A DNA stretch of 64,000 bases from an uncultured Pseudomonadota bacterium. GTDB taxonomy: Bacteria; Myxococcota_A; Polyangia; Fen-1088. The stretch is taken from positions 32,001-96,000 of the forward strand of contig CAWKBC010000007.1 in the NCBI GenBank assembly GCA_963847705.1, written 5' to 3'. The position numbers were made by a program, and so were the translations under genes. How positions within the stretch are numbered: position 1 is the stretch's first letter; the number at the start of each line of letters is the position of its first letter. The notes beneath the pieces are model-generated. The model was given only the letters and a program-made list of their open reading frames with translations, made no database searches and was not told where the DNA came from. Below, piece after piece: positions 17,552 through 27,130 of this stretch.

Positions 17552-19132
17552 TCAAGGCACGGTCACCGAGAAGTCGGTGACCGCCAGGCCGACGCCGCCG
17601 CTCCAGATCTCGAACCCGGCGAAGACGTTGGTCAGGTACCAGGTGCTCTGCACGTAGCCGCGCGTGACGGCGTCCTGGATGAAGTCGCCCAGGCTGTAGC
17701 TGAACGAGTTGATGCTGGTCTGCGCCACGTACGAGACGCAGGGCTTGCCGTTTCCGCTGTTCGTGCCGTACCAGACATTCCAGTTCTTGCCGTCGATCGT
17801 CGCCGAGGCGATCATGGTCCCGATCGGCTGGTTGCCGCTCGGCATGTGGTACCAGACCATCAGGAAGCCGCCACTCGGTGAAGAGGCGGTCGGATCGCCC
17901 CCCGAGCCGGTGCTGAACCAGACGTCGTAGGCGGCGTTGTAGCTGCCGGTGGCGCCGTTGTCGGCCCAGGTCATGCTGGTCATCACGCTCCCCTTGGGGA
18001 TCGAGCTGACCGCGCGCGGGAGCATGCTCGAAGAGCCGGAGTCGTGATTCGAGTTGGCGCCGGTGAACACCGAGGGGAAACCCTCCGGGTTGTTGTTGGC
18101 GCCGGTCCCCTTCTGCACCGTCACCTGGAAGTTCGCCCCAGGCCCATAGGTGATCGTCTGGCCGGCGGTCGAACCCCACTCGTTGTTCTGGACGATGTAC
18201 TCCTTGCTGCCGCACATGACGGTGCCGGTGCCGTACTGATCGGTGATCGTCCCCTTGCCGCTGGGAGAGCCGCAGCTGGCGGTCCCGCTCGAACCGCCAG
18301 TGCCGGTCGAGCTGCTGGTGACCGGCACGATGCTGCTCACGCAGACGTTGTAGGTGCCGGTGGTGGTGGTCGTCTGGCCGGCCGAGACCTGGATCTGCAT
18401 GTCGTACGGCGTCCCCATCGGGGTGGCCTTGCTGCATTGGGCGGCGGTCGCCCACGCCGGGCAGGTGGCGTCGCTGAAGCAGATCGGCCCCGACCAGCCG
18501 TTGGTGAACGCGGCGATCGAGACGTAGGGCGCGACGGTCGTCGAGTTGGCGCTCTGGGTGAAGCCGATCCGCACCTCGTTGCCGCCACTCGAACCGGTGA
18601 GCGTGATGTTGAAGCACTGCACCGGGCCGGCGTACTCGGTCTTGACCGCGCTGGTGCCGCCCGAGTCGTCGAGCTCGACACCGATCCCGCAGCCCCACTT
18701 GGCGTTGGTCGCGTCGACCACGGTGGTGCCGCTGATGCAGCACGATCCCGAGCTGCAGATGTTCGCGGGCTGAGGGCTGGCGCAGGACGAGCCGTCGGTG
18801 TAGCCGTAGACCGCCCCCTGGATTCCGATCGAGGTGTCGAGGTCGCAATTCCAGCCGGCCGAGTTGATCAGCTGCGTCGGATCGGCGGTGCAGGCCGTTC
18901 CCGTCGACCCGCCGGTGGAGCCGGAGCTGGTCCCGCCGGCCCCCGTGGCCGGGCCGCTGCCGCCGGTTCCCGTGCTGGGGCCGCTGCCGCCGGTCCCGCT
19001 GCCGGAGCCGCTGCCGCCGGTCCCGCCGCCGGAGCTGTTGCCGGATCCAGAGGAGCCTTCGGTGATCGGCTTGGCGCAGCCGAAGACGAACAGGGAGCCG
19101 AGCAGAGCAAAGCGAACGAGGGATCGGCGCAT
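17552..19132 (-). CDS. Lipoprotein with Gly/Ser linker, Cys-rich middle domain and C-terminal GH12 endoglucanase domain
   Basis: VFGC lipobox; YIVQNNEWG, YNAAYDVWF, LMVW, QPIG, AGFEIW. Confidence 0.85.
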   Translation of the reverse strand: MRRSLVRFALLGSLFVFGCAKPITEGSSGSGNSSGGGTGGSGSGSGTGGSGPSTGTGGSGPATGAGGTSSGSTGGSTGTACTADPTQLINSAGWNCDLDTSIGIQGAVYGYTDGSSCASPQPANICSSGSCCISGTTVVDATNAKWGCGIGVELDDSGGTSAVKTEYAGPVQCFNITLTGSSGGNEVRIGFTQSANSTTVAPYVSIAAFTNGWSGPICFSDATCPAWATAAQCSKATPMGTPYDMQIQVSAGQTTTTTGTYNVCVSSIVPVTSSSTGTGGSSGTASCGSPSGKGTITDQYGTGTVMCGSKEYIVQNNEWGSTAGQTITYGPGANFQVTVQKGTGANNNPEGFPSVFTGANSNHDSGSSSMLPRAVSSIPKGSVMTSMTWADNGATGSYNAAYDVWFSTGSGGDPTASSPSGGFLMVWYHMPSGNQPIGTMIASATIDGKNWNVWYGTNSGNGKPCVSYVAQTSINSFSYSLGDFIQDAVTRGYVQSTWYLTNVFAGFEIWSGGVGLAVTDFSVTVP

Positions 19133-19327
19133 AAGGGACCTCCTAAGATCGGTGAAGCACGCGGCGCGATTCGAAGCTCAAAAAGATAGCCCAGATCCAG
19201 CCGCGGTGACAGGACCCGCCCCGAACCGGCGGCTTGTCCCGCGCGCAACACGCGCATCATCGAATCGACGCGAAACCGTAACAACCTTGTTAGACGGCCA
19301 GGTTCCCCGATCCGATATCGGTCGTGC

Positions 19328-21259
19328 ATGTCCAATCTTCGACGAAAAGCAGTGGTGCTTGCCTTGGCTTCAGTGGGTCTTGCCTGCTCCAGCTCATCCG
19401 GAACGGGAACCGGCGGATCTGGTGGAGGGGCGGGAAATGGCGCGGCCGGGGCGGGAACCGGCGGTAGCGGCGTGGCCGGCGCGGGCGGCGGCGTGGCCGG
19501 CGCGGGCGGCGGCCTGGCCGGCGCGGGCGGCGGCGCAGCGGGCGCGGCGGGCAGCGGCGCGGCGGGCAGCGGCGCGGGTGGCACGGCCGGCGGCGCAGCG
19601 GGCAGCGGCGCGGGTGGCGCGGCCGGCGGCGCGGCAGGCACGGCCGGCGGAGCTCTGGCGGCCGACGTTCAAAACATCGTGATCATCTTCGCCGAGAACC
19701 GGAGCTTCGACAGCCTCTTCGGCTCATTCCCGGGCGCGAACGGCCTCGGGAACGTCTCCGTCTCCGGTGCTGCAGGCGCAGGTGGCGCGGGTGGCGCGGC
19801 TGCCACGACGGTGGCGTACATCCCCCAGAAGGATCGCGACGGGACGACGGTGCTCCCCAAGCTTCCACAGACCTGGGGCGGCGTCACGCTGGGCGGGAAC
19901 CCGACGGTGGTGACGCAAGCTCAGAGCGACAACATCCCCAACGCGCCGTTCCCGATGGAGACGATCTGGAACACCATCAACGGCGCGCCCTTGCTGACGA
20001 CGCTGGACGTCTCGCGCGACATCGCCCACAGGTTCTTCGAGCACCAGATGGAGCTCAACGGCGGCAGCAACGACATGTTCGCGGCCTGGGAGGATGGCGG
20101 TGGGATCACCATGGGGAACTGGGACTACAGCAAGTCGAAGCTCTACGCGCTCGCCCAGCAGTACGTGCTGGCGGACAACTTCTACATGGGCGCCTTCGGC
20201 GGCTCGTTCCTCACGCACCAGTACCTCATTTGCGCCTGCGCCCCGGCGGTGTCGGCGGCCTGGGTCACCAGCAACAAGCCGTCGATCAACATGCTCGGGA
20301 CGGCGAACAGCAAGGGCGTGCCACAGCTCGCGCTGAACGCCGCCGCGGCGACCCCCACACCGGCCTCCGCGCTCGACGGCCCGCCGGCCTTCCTGACCGG
20401 CAACATCGCCCCGCTCAACTACTTCGGGCCCGGCGACGGATACCGGGCCGTGAACACCATGCAGCCGTTCTTCCAGCCGAGCGGCAATCCCCCGGCGGCG
20501 GGCGCTGCGGATCTGCGCTACGCGGATCCCTCCGCCGCCACCACGTTGCCCGTGCAGACCCAGACGAACGTCGGCGACCTCCTGACCGCCAAGTCGATCG
20601 GCTGGGCCTGGTACGCCACCGACTGGAACGCCGCCACCGTGGATGGCGAGGCTCCGGCCAGCTCGACGCGCACGGTGATCTACGCGCCTTCGGGCCCGCG
20701 CCAGGCCCCCGACTTCCAGACGCACCACCACCCGTTCAACTACTACGCCGCCTTCGATCCGGCGACCCACGACGCCGCGCGCGCGGCGCACCTCAAGGAC
20801 TACACCGATCTGGTGGCGGACATCGCCAACGGCACGGTCCCGCCGGTGGCCTGGTACAAGCCGACCGGCAACCTGAACCAGCACCCCGGCTACGCCAACC
20901 TGGACGACGGCGACGCGCACATCGCCGACCTGGTCGCCAAGCTGCAGGCCGGGCCGCAGTGGCAGCACATGGTCATCATCGTCACCTACGACGAGTACGG
21001 CGGGCAGTGGGATCACGTCGCCGCGCCGAAGGGCGACCTGCTCGGCCCGGGCGAGCGCATCCCGGCCATCATCATCTCGCCCTACGCCAAGAAGGGGACC
21101 GTCGACCACACGCAGTACGACTCCGGGTCGACGCTGCGCCTCATCACCAAGCGCTTCGGCCTCCCCACGCTGGCGGGCCTCACGGCGCGCGACGCGGCGC
21201 TGGTCAGCAACGGCGGCAAGGCGATGGGTGACCTGACGAACGCCCTGACGCTGCCGTAA
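19328..21259 (+). CDS. acpA: Acid phosphatase AcpA (phosphoesterase family) lipoprotein with Gly/Ala linker
   Basis: GLAC lipobox; IFAENRSFDSLFG, DNFYMGAFGGSF, QHPGY, VTYDEYGGQWDHV, GPGERIP. Confidence 0.9.
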   Translation: MSNLRRKAVVLALASVGLACSSSSGTGTGGSGGGAGNGAAGAGTGGSGVAGAGGGVAGAGGGLAGAGGGAAGAAGSGAAGSGAGGTAGGAAGSGAGGAAGGAAGTAGGALAADVQNIVIIFAENRSFDSLFGSFPGANGLGNVSVSGAAGAGGAGGAAATTVAYIPQKDRDGTTVLPKLPQTWGGVTLGGNPTVVTQAQSDNIPNAPFPMETIWNTINGAPLLTTLDVSRDIAHRFFEHQMELNGGSNDMFAAWEDGGGITMGNWDYSKSKLYALAQQYVLADNFYMGAFGGSFLTHQYLICACAPAVSAAWVTSNKPSINMLGTANSKGVPQLALNAAAATPTPASALDGPPAFLTGNIAPLNYFGPGDGYRAVNTMQPFFQPSGNPPAAGAADLRYADPSAATTLPVQTQTNVGDLLTAKSIGWAWYATDWNAATVDGEAPASSTRTVIYAPSGPRQAPDFQTHHHPFNYYAAFDPATHDAARAAHLKDYTDLVADIANGTVPPVAWYKPTGNLNQHPGYANLDDGDAHIADLVAKLQAGPQWQHMVIIVTYDEYGGQWDHVAAPKGDLLGPGERIPAIIISPYAKKGTVDHTQYDSGSTLRLITKRFGLPTLAGLTARDAALVSNGGKAMGDLTNALTLP

Positions 21260-21293
21260 CGAGGCAGCGGGCAGAGGCCCACGGAAGTACGAG

Positions 21294-21330
21294 CAGCCGC
21301 CGCTCCTCCGAGCGGCGGCTGTTTCTTTTT
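21294..21330 (+). terminator. Rho-independent terminator
   Basis: CAGCCGCCGCTC-CTCC-GAGCGGCGGCTG followed by TTTCTTTTT. Confidence 0.85.
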
Positions 21331-21384
21331 GGGTCGGGGGCGCCACGTGGACCGAGACCGGCCGGCCCGGTCGCACGACACGAA

Positions 21385-22728
21385 CTACTGCTTCTCCAGA
21401 TCGGCGTCGGTCAGCGTCTTCAAGAAGGCGATGACGTCGCCGATCTCCTGCCTGTTCAAGGCCGGCGCGGCCCCCGGCTTGCCGCCGAACGGACGCTCGC
21501 TGTTGACGTTCTTCTTGTAGGCGGCTGGGAGATCGTCGAACGCATCGACCTTGCCCCCCAGCTTCGCGTACCACTTGCCGGGACTGGTGTCGCGCGCGAC
21601 GTAGAACTCCAGCACCTGGTCCAGGCGGTGAAACTGACCATTGTGGAAGAAGGCGCGGCGCAGGGCGACGTTGCGCAACGTCGGCACCCGAAACTCTCCG
21701 CAGTACTCCGGGTGCCTGGCGAGGTCCGTGCGCACCGGCCCGCAGAGCCCGAGATCGTGAAAGGCGGGATCGGCATTGGCGGGGAGCGTGCGATTCCGGG
21801 GGACGCCGATGGCGTTGTAGCCGAAGTCGGTGAAGTTCGGGAAGCCGCCCTTGCGGATCCCGCTCGGATGGCAGCTGACGCAGTTCCCCTTCTTCGGGTC
21901 GTTGAACAATGCCAGCCCGCGCTGCTCGCTCGCGCTCAGCGTCCCTTGCCGCCGCAGGTAGGCGTCGTAGCGGCTGTTGTAAGGATAGAAGTCCTTCGGG
22001 CTCTGCTGGAACACCTCCAGGCTCTGGAGGAGGGCGGTCGAGCCCCGCCGCGGATCCGAGAACACGTCGTCACCGAAGGTGGCCCGAAATTGCTCGGCGA
22101 GCGGACCGTGAGCGATCCTGGCGACGACGCTGTCGATGTCGGGGTTGGCCATCTCGAACGGCGAGGTCAGCGGGAGGCGCGCCTGATCGTGCGTGGTGTC
22201 GGCGCGGCCGTCCCAGGTGTGGCCGCCGGTGGGCCCCTGGTCGACGCTCTCGTCGACCGCCTCGTCGAAGTGGTGCAGGGAGAACGGCGGCACCGCCTGC
22301 AGGTAGCGCAGCGCGGGGGCGGCGCGGAGACCGACGCTCTTGAGATCGGGGCCGCCGAGCTGCGTGGAGCGGGCGTTCGGCGGGCCGTAGCCGACGTGGG
22401 GATCGTGGCAGGTGGCGCAGGACATCTTCCCGGAGACGGAGAGCTGCGGATCGAAGAACAGCCGTCGCCCGAGCTCGGTCATCGCCACGACGGACGGCCG
22501 ACGGCTGAAGCGATCCGCCGCGTAGAACGACCTCGCCGCCGCGGTGGCGGCGCCCGACTTCGGTGGTGAGGCCGGCGCGGGCTGGGTGGCCGGAGGGGGC
22601 GGCGACGGCGCGGGTGGCGCATCCTTGGGGGCGCAACCAGCCGCCACTGCGCCGCCGGCGACGAGCAACGCGACACGGACCATTGACGGCGATCGGGAAT
22701 GACGGCGCACGATGCGCGGATCTTGCAC
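21385..22728 (-). CDS. Di-heme cytochrome c peroxidase / MauG family (BthA-like)
   Basis: LGRRLFFDPQLS, CATCH, WDGRA, CVSCH, FRVPTLRNVA, FFHNG; start may be ATG 22683. Confidence 0.9.
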   Translation of the reverse strand: MQDPRIVRRHSRSPSMVRVALLVAGGAVAAGCAPKDAPPAPSPPPPATQPAPASPPKSGAATAAARSFYAADRFSRRPSVVAMTELGRRLFFDPQLSVSGKMSCATCHDPHVGYGPPNARSTQLGGPDLKSVGLRAAPALRYLQAVPPFSLHHFDEAVDESVDQGPTGGHTWDGRADTTHDQARLPLTSPFEMANPDIDSVVARIAHGPLAEQFRATFGDDVFSDPRRGSTALLQSLEVFQQSPKDFYPYNSRYDAYLRRQGTLSASEQRGLALFNDPKKGNCVSCHPSGIRKGGFPNFTDFGYNAIGVPRNRTLPANADPAFHDLGLCGPVRTDLARHPEYCGEFRVPTLRNVALRRAFFHNGQFHRLDQVLEFYVARDTSPGKWYAKLGGKVDAFDDLPAAYKKNVNSERPFGGKPGAAPALNRQEIGDVIAFLKTLTDADLEKQ

Positions 22729-22846
22729 GAGATCGAAGTCGCAGGCGGTGACATCTCCCGCAGGTTCGCCGCGCGACGTCCGGGCGTCAGGGCGCGACCG
22801 GGCGGTCTCCCGCCGTTGCCCTAGCCGCGCCGTGGCGCGCGCCGGG

Positions 22847-23575
22847 TCAGCCCTGGCGGACGGAGATCGCCAGCTTGGCGACGCTCTTGACCACGTGGGG
22901 GACGCGCTTCAAGAGATTGATCGACGGCGGGCGCTTCTCGCGGACGGCGAAGGGGATCTCGACCACCTTCTTCCCTTCGCGGTGCGCGCGAATGACGAAC
23001 TCGCTGGCGAAGACGTCGCGATCGAGCACGCAGCGGCGCGCTGTCTCCAGCAGCGCCTCGCGCTTGAACGCCTTGAGGCCGTGGGTATCGGTTCCCGGAA
23101 AGCGGCAGACGACGCGCAGCATGCCGTTGTAGACGCGGGTGGCGGTGCGCCGGAACAGCGGCCGCTGGTCGTTGGAGCCGACCATCGCCTTCGACCCGAC
23201 CACCAGATCGGTGTCGCTCCGCTCGAGCAGCGCCATGGCGCGCGCGTAGAACTCGGTGTCCAGCAGATCGATCTCGTCGGAGATGACGTACGTGCCGCGC
23301 GCCTCCAGGATTCCCTGCTTCATGGCCAGACCGTAGTTCGGCTGGCCGACCGAGAGCATGCGGACCTGCGGGTGCTCGACCTCCAGCTCGCGGCCGATCT
23401 CGATGGTTCGGTCGCGCGAGCCGTTCTCGCACAGCAGGAGCTCGTAGCTCCAGCCGAAGCGGCGCAGCTTCTCCTCCAGCTCCAGCACCGACCCGCGCAG
23501 GATCCCCTCTTCGTTGTAGACCGGGATGACGATCGACAGGTGCGGCGCAGCGGAGAAACGCGGTGCTTCGCTCAT
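22847..23575 (-). CDS. Glycosyltransferase family 2 (polyprenol-phosphate glycosyltransferase-like)
   Basis: [28 protein letters not shown]. Confidence 0.88.
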   Translation of the reverse strand: MSEAPRFSAAPHLSIVIPVYNEEGILRGSVLELEEKLRRFGWSYELLLCENGSRDRTIEIGRELEVEHPQVRMLSVGQPNYGLAMKQGILEARGTYVISDEIDLLDTEFYARAMALLERSDTDLVVGSKAMVGSNDQRPLFRRTATRVYNGMLRVVCRFPGTDTHGLKAFKREALLETARRCVLDRDVFASEFVIRAHREGKKVVEIPFAVREKRPPSINLLKRVPHVVKSVAKLAISVRQG

Positions 23576-24936
23576 GACCCGCTCCCGGTCGCGTCGACCA
23601 GCGCCGCCACCTCACGCCCGGCCAGCACGCAGTCCTCCATGGCGTTGTAGGTCCAGGCGCCGTAGCGCCCGCGGGGATGGATGCCGTTGGCCTCGAGAAA
23701 CGCGAAGATCGTCCGCGTCGCCTGGTAGTAGTGCTGGTCGAACACGACATAGGCATATTCGATCTGCTTCTCTTCCGCGAACAGCACGTCGTTCGCGCTG
23801 CCGAGCGCCCCCGCCTCGACCAGCGCCGCCGTCGTGTCGCGCACGGCCGCCTCGCTGATCGGCCCGCGGTCGGCCATCTCCACGCAGATCGACGAACGCC
23901 CCTCGGGGGCCATGCTGGCCATGGCCGTGGAGAATACGTTCACTCGGTAGAAGGGGTAGCGCTCTTCGGGGACGTAGATCCAGTGCCAGTCGGCGGGCGG
24001 CTTGCCGCGCGCGCCGATGTTGAGGTAGCGCAGCGTGGTGCAGCGCAGGCGCAGCGCCTGGCGCTCGACCTCGGGCGGCAGCTCCGGCATCCGCTTCAAG
24101 AGCTCGGGCAGCGGGATGGTGGCGACCAGCGCGCGGTAGGGGATCCGTTCGCCGCCGACGACGATCTCGCGCTGCCGCCAGTCGATGGTCTCGGGATTGG
24201 CGCGCGCGTGCACCTGGCCGCCCGTCATCCGCGTGGTGAGCGCCCGGGTGAAGGTCTCGATCCCGCCCGCCTTCGGGTAGAGGAAGCTCTGGTTGTAGCC
24301 CATCTCGGGCGGACCCGCGCCGACCGCGCCCGCGATCACCTGTTCGAGGTTGGGCAAGGGCACGAAGCGCGAGCACCACTCGGCGGTGATCTCGCGCGGG
24401 TGCACCCCCCAGATCTTCTCGTTGTAGGGGATCATGAAGTGCTTGGAGATCCCCGCCCCGAAGTGCTGCAGGCAATAGTCTTCGAAGTTGGCCGGCGCGG
24501 CGGCCTGCGCGGCGCCGGGCGTCGGAGCGCCCGCGCTTGCGCTCGCCACCCGCGCCTCGATCACCCCCAGCAGGCACTCCTTGATCACCTCGGGCGGCAG
24601 CCCGTTCAGGTTGGCCTGGTACGGATAGCGGGTGAGGACCCCGTGCGAGAAGATGCGCGCCTTGCGGGCGATCGGCGTCATCTGGCCGGGGAGCAGCTCG
24701 TCGACCATCCGCTTGATGGCGGGATCGCGCAGGTGCAGCCAGTGGCCCGTCTTGTCGAAGCGGTGGCCCTCGCGCTCGTCGGTGCGCGCGTGCCCGCCCA
24801 GCCGCTCCTCGCGCTCGAACAGCAGCCAGGGCGCGCGCAGGTGGACCGCCGTCGAGATGCCGGTCAATCCACCGCCCAGGATCACCACCGGCCCGGTACT
24901 GGACGACGCATGCACGCTCTGCGCGCCGCTGCTCAC
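23572..24936 (-). CDS. FAD-dependent oxidoreductase, protoporphyrinogen oxidase / UDP-galactopyranose mutase-like
   Basis: GGGLTG dinucleotide motif, [27 protein letters not shown]; overlaps the GT2 start. Confidence 0.8.
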   Translation of the reverse strand: MSSGAQSVHASSSTGPVVILGGGLTGISTAVHLRAPWLLFEREERLGGHARTDEREGHRFDKTGHWLHLRDPAIKRMVDELLPGQMTPIARKARIFSHGVLTRYPYQANLNGLPPEVIKECLLGVIEARVASASAGAPTPGAAQAAAPANFEDYCLQHFGAGISKHFMIPYNEKIWGVHPREITAEWCSRFVPLPNLEQVIAGAVGAGPPEMGYNQSFLYPKAGGIETFTRALTTRMTGGQVHARANPETIDWRQREIVVGGERIPYRALVATIPLPELLKRMPELPPEVERQALRLRCTTLRYLNIGARGKPPADWHWIYVPEERYPFYRVNVFSTAMASMAPEGRSSICVEMADRGPISEAAVRDTTAALVEAGALGSANDVLFAEEKQIEYAYVVFDQHYYQATRTIFAFLEANGIHPRGRYGAWTYNAMEDCVLAGREVAALVDATGSGS

Positions 24937-25000
24937 CCGCCGTCACTTACCACGAAACGTCCCTTTCGGTACGGAGCGCGCGGGGCGCGCTTGGTTTGGC

Positions 25001-25080
25001 ATCGCCTGAGCGCCGACGGGCTCTGCCAGGCGATGCTCGGCGCGGGGGAGGATCCAAAGGACCCTCCGAGGGTCCTTTAA
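25001..25080. repeat. REP-like element, variant copy in reverse orientation
   Basis: CGCGGGGGAGGATCC-AAAGGACCCT-CCG-AGGGTCCTTT-AA; similar to 29480-29557. Confidence 0.7.
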
Positions 25081-25097
25081 TTAGTAGTATCCGCGGC

Positions 25098-26081
25098 GTG
25101 ACGCGCTCCGACAAATCGGCCGCGCCGCTCCCGGCGGCGGAGCGCGCCCGCGTCCTCGACTTCGAGCACCGCAAGCGCGAGCGCAGCGTCTGGCCGCGCG
25201 TGCTGTCGCTCCGCTATCTGACCACGGCGCTCGGCCGCCTCGGGCGCGGCACCTCGGCCGTCGACGCCGCGCCGGTCCCCCGCCCGCCCGCCGGCACCGT
25301 GTCGATCACCTTCGTCGGCCACGCCACGGTGATGCTCACGACGCCCGGGGTGCGCCTGCTGGCCGATCCGCTGCTGGAAAATTCATTCTACGGAATCCGG
25401 CGCGCCAAGGCGGCCGGGCTCGCCGAGGAGGATCTGGACGACGTCGATCTGGTGCTGGTGACGCACGCTCACCGCGATCACCTGTCGCGGGCCAGCATCC
25501 TGCGAATCGCCCGCAAGGCCGTGGTGATCGTGCCTCCTCGCTGCACCAGCCTGGTGCGCGGCCTCGGCTTCGCGGACATCGTCGAGCTCGACCCCGGCAG
25601 CAGCCACCAGCTGGGCGACGTCGAGGTGACCGCCGTGCCGGTGCGCCACTCGGGGACGCGCGGCCTCGGCGACTACCTCCGCCGCGGCGCCTGCGGATAC
25701 GTGGTGCGCGCGCGCGCCGGCGGGGCGTCGGCCTGCGCCTATCTGGCCGGTGACACCGGCTACTTCTCCGGCTTCGCCGAGATCGGCCGACGTTTTCACC
25801 CCGACGTCGCGCTCCTGCCGATCGCCGGCTACGAGCCGGCGGCGTTCCGCGAGGAGCACCTGTCACCGCTCGACGCGCTCTACGCGTTCGACGATCTGGG
25901 GGCGCGCCTCCTCGTTCCCACCAGCTACGGGTCGTTCCCTCTCAGCTACGAACGGCTCGACGCCCCGCTGGCCTGGCTGCAGGCGCTCGCGCGCGAGCGC
26001 GGGCTGGCCCGTCCCGACAGCGACCGGCGGGTGGCGATCCTCGACCACGGCCAGACGCTCCACGTGCGGATGCATGCTTGA
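25098..26081 (+). CDS. MBL-fold metallo-hydrolase (NAPE-PLD/RomA-like)
   Basis: TFVGHATV, LADP, THAHRDH, AGDTGY, LLPIAGY; GTG 25098 is 7 nt after TAGTAT. Confidence 0.85.
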   Translation: MTRSDKSAAPLPAAERARVLDFEHRKRERSVWPRVLSLRYLTTALGRLGRGTSAVDAAPVPRPPAGTVSITFVGHATVMLTTPGVRLLADPLLENSFYGIRRAKAAGLAEEDLDDVDLVLVTHAHRDHLSRASILRIARKAVVIVPPRCTSLVRGLGFADIVELDPGSSHQLGDVEVTAVPVRHSGTRGLGDYLRRGACGYVVRARAGGASACAYLAGDTGYFSGFAEIGRRFHPDVALLPIAGYEPAAFREEHLSPLDALYAFDDLGARLLVPTSYGSFPLSYERLDAPLAWLQALARERGLARPDSDRRVAILDHGQTLHVRMHA

Positions 26082-26137
26082 CCCGCCCGACGGGCCGAGG
26101 TCAAACTGCGGCTCGTTTATCAACCGGAGGTGAGGCG

Positions 26138-27127
26138 ATGAAGACGTTGAAGTTCCTGGGCGCGGCCGTTCTTTCCCTGCTGATGTTCGCAGGCTGCAAG
26201 GGGGGCGGTTCCGGCGGCCCCGAGACGACCGCCGACTTCTGCACCCAGTACGCCGATGCCGTCTGCCAGATCGCGACCGCCTGCGGGATCACGATGACGA
26301 CCTGCACCGCCTACCAGGAGAGTCAGTGCGAGGCGCTGGCGGCCACCGCGACCGCCGCGCCGAGCAAGCGTGTGTTCACCCCGGCGAACACGGGCCAGTG
26401 CATCAGCAAGCTGAAAGCCGCCTACGGCGCCAGCGCGCCTCTCATCACGCCGGCCGTCCAGGCCGGCATCGACCTCGCCTGCGGGTACGTGTTCCAGGGC
26501 AAGGGGATGGTCGACATAGATACCTGCACGACGCAGTTCGACTGCGCTGGGACCACCAACGGCTCGGTCATCTGCGACCAGACGCACCACCTCTGTGCGA
26601 CGTCCAAGACCATCTCGGGCACCAACCAGTGCAACGACAACGGTGCGGTCTGTGCCACCAACTCCTACTGCGCAGCGAACAGCTCGGGCATCTCCAGCTG
26701 CATGCCCGCGGGGACCAGCAACCCGCCCTCGTCGTGCAGCGCGACCGTCCCCTGCGACAGCACCTCCTACTGCAACACGAACGGCACCTGCACGGCCCTC
26801 CTCGTCGCCGGAACCCCCTGTGCTGCCAGCAGCGAGTGCGCCAGCGGCGGCTTCTGCGATCCGTACGGCGGATCTGCCACCTGCGACGACGGGATCCGCT
26901 TCGCCAAGGGCTCGCAGCAGTGCACCTGCGTGGCCTCGGGCGTGAACTGCCCGACCCCGCCGGGCGGCGGCGGCCAGAGCGGCGGCGCGGCCGGCAGCTC
27001 GGGCGCCGCCGGCAACGGCGCGGCGGGCAGCGCCGGTGCCGCGGGAGCCTCTGGCGCGGCGGGCAACGCTGGCGCCGGCGGTCGGGCCGGCGCCGCGGGC
27101 GTGGGCGGCGCGATCCTCGATGGCTGA
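26138..27127 (+). CDS. Cys-rich lipoprotein with Gly/Ala-rich C-terminal tail
   Basis: GGAGG RBS; MKTLKF...FAGC lipobox; many regularly spaced Cys. Confidence 0.8.
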   Translation: MKTLKFLGAAVLSLLMFAGCKGGGSGGPETTADFCTQYADAVCQIATACGITMTTCTAYQESQCEALAATATAAPSKRVFTPANTGQCISKLKAAYGASAPLITPAVQAGIDLACGYVFQGKGMVDIDTCTTQFDCAGTTNGSVICDQTHHLCATSKTISGTNQCNDNGAVCATNSYCAANSSGISSCMPAGTSNPPSSCSATVPCDSTSYCNTNGTCTALLVAGTPCAASSECASGGFCDPYGGSATCDDGIRFAKGSQQCTCVASGVNCPTPPGGGGQSGGAAGSSGAAGNGAAGSAGAAGASGAAGNAGAGGRAGAAGVGGAILDG

Positions 27128-27130
27128 TCG

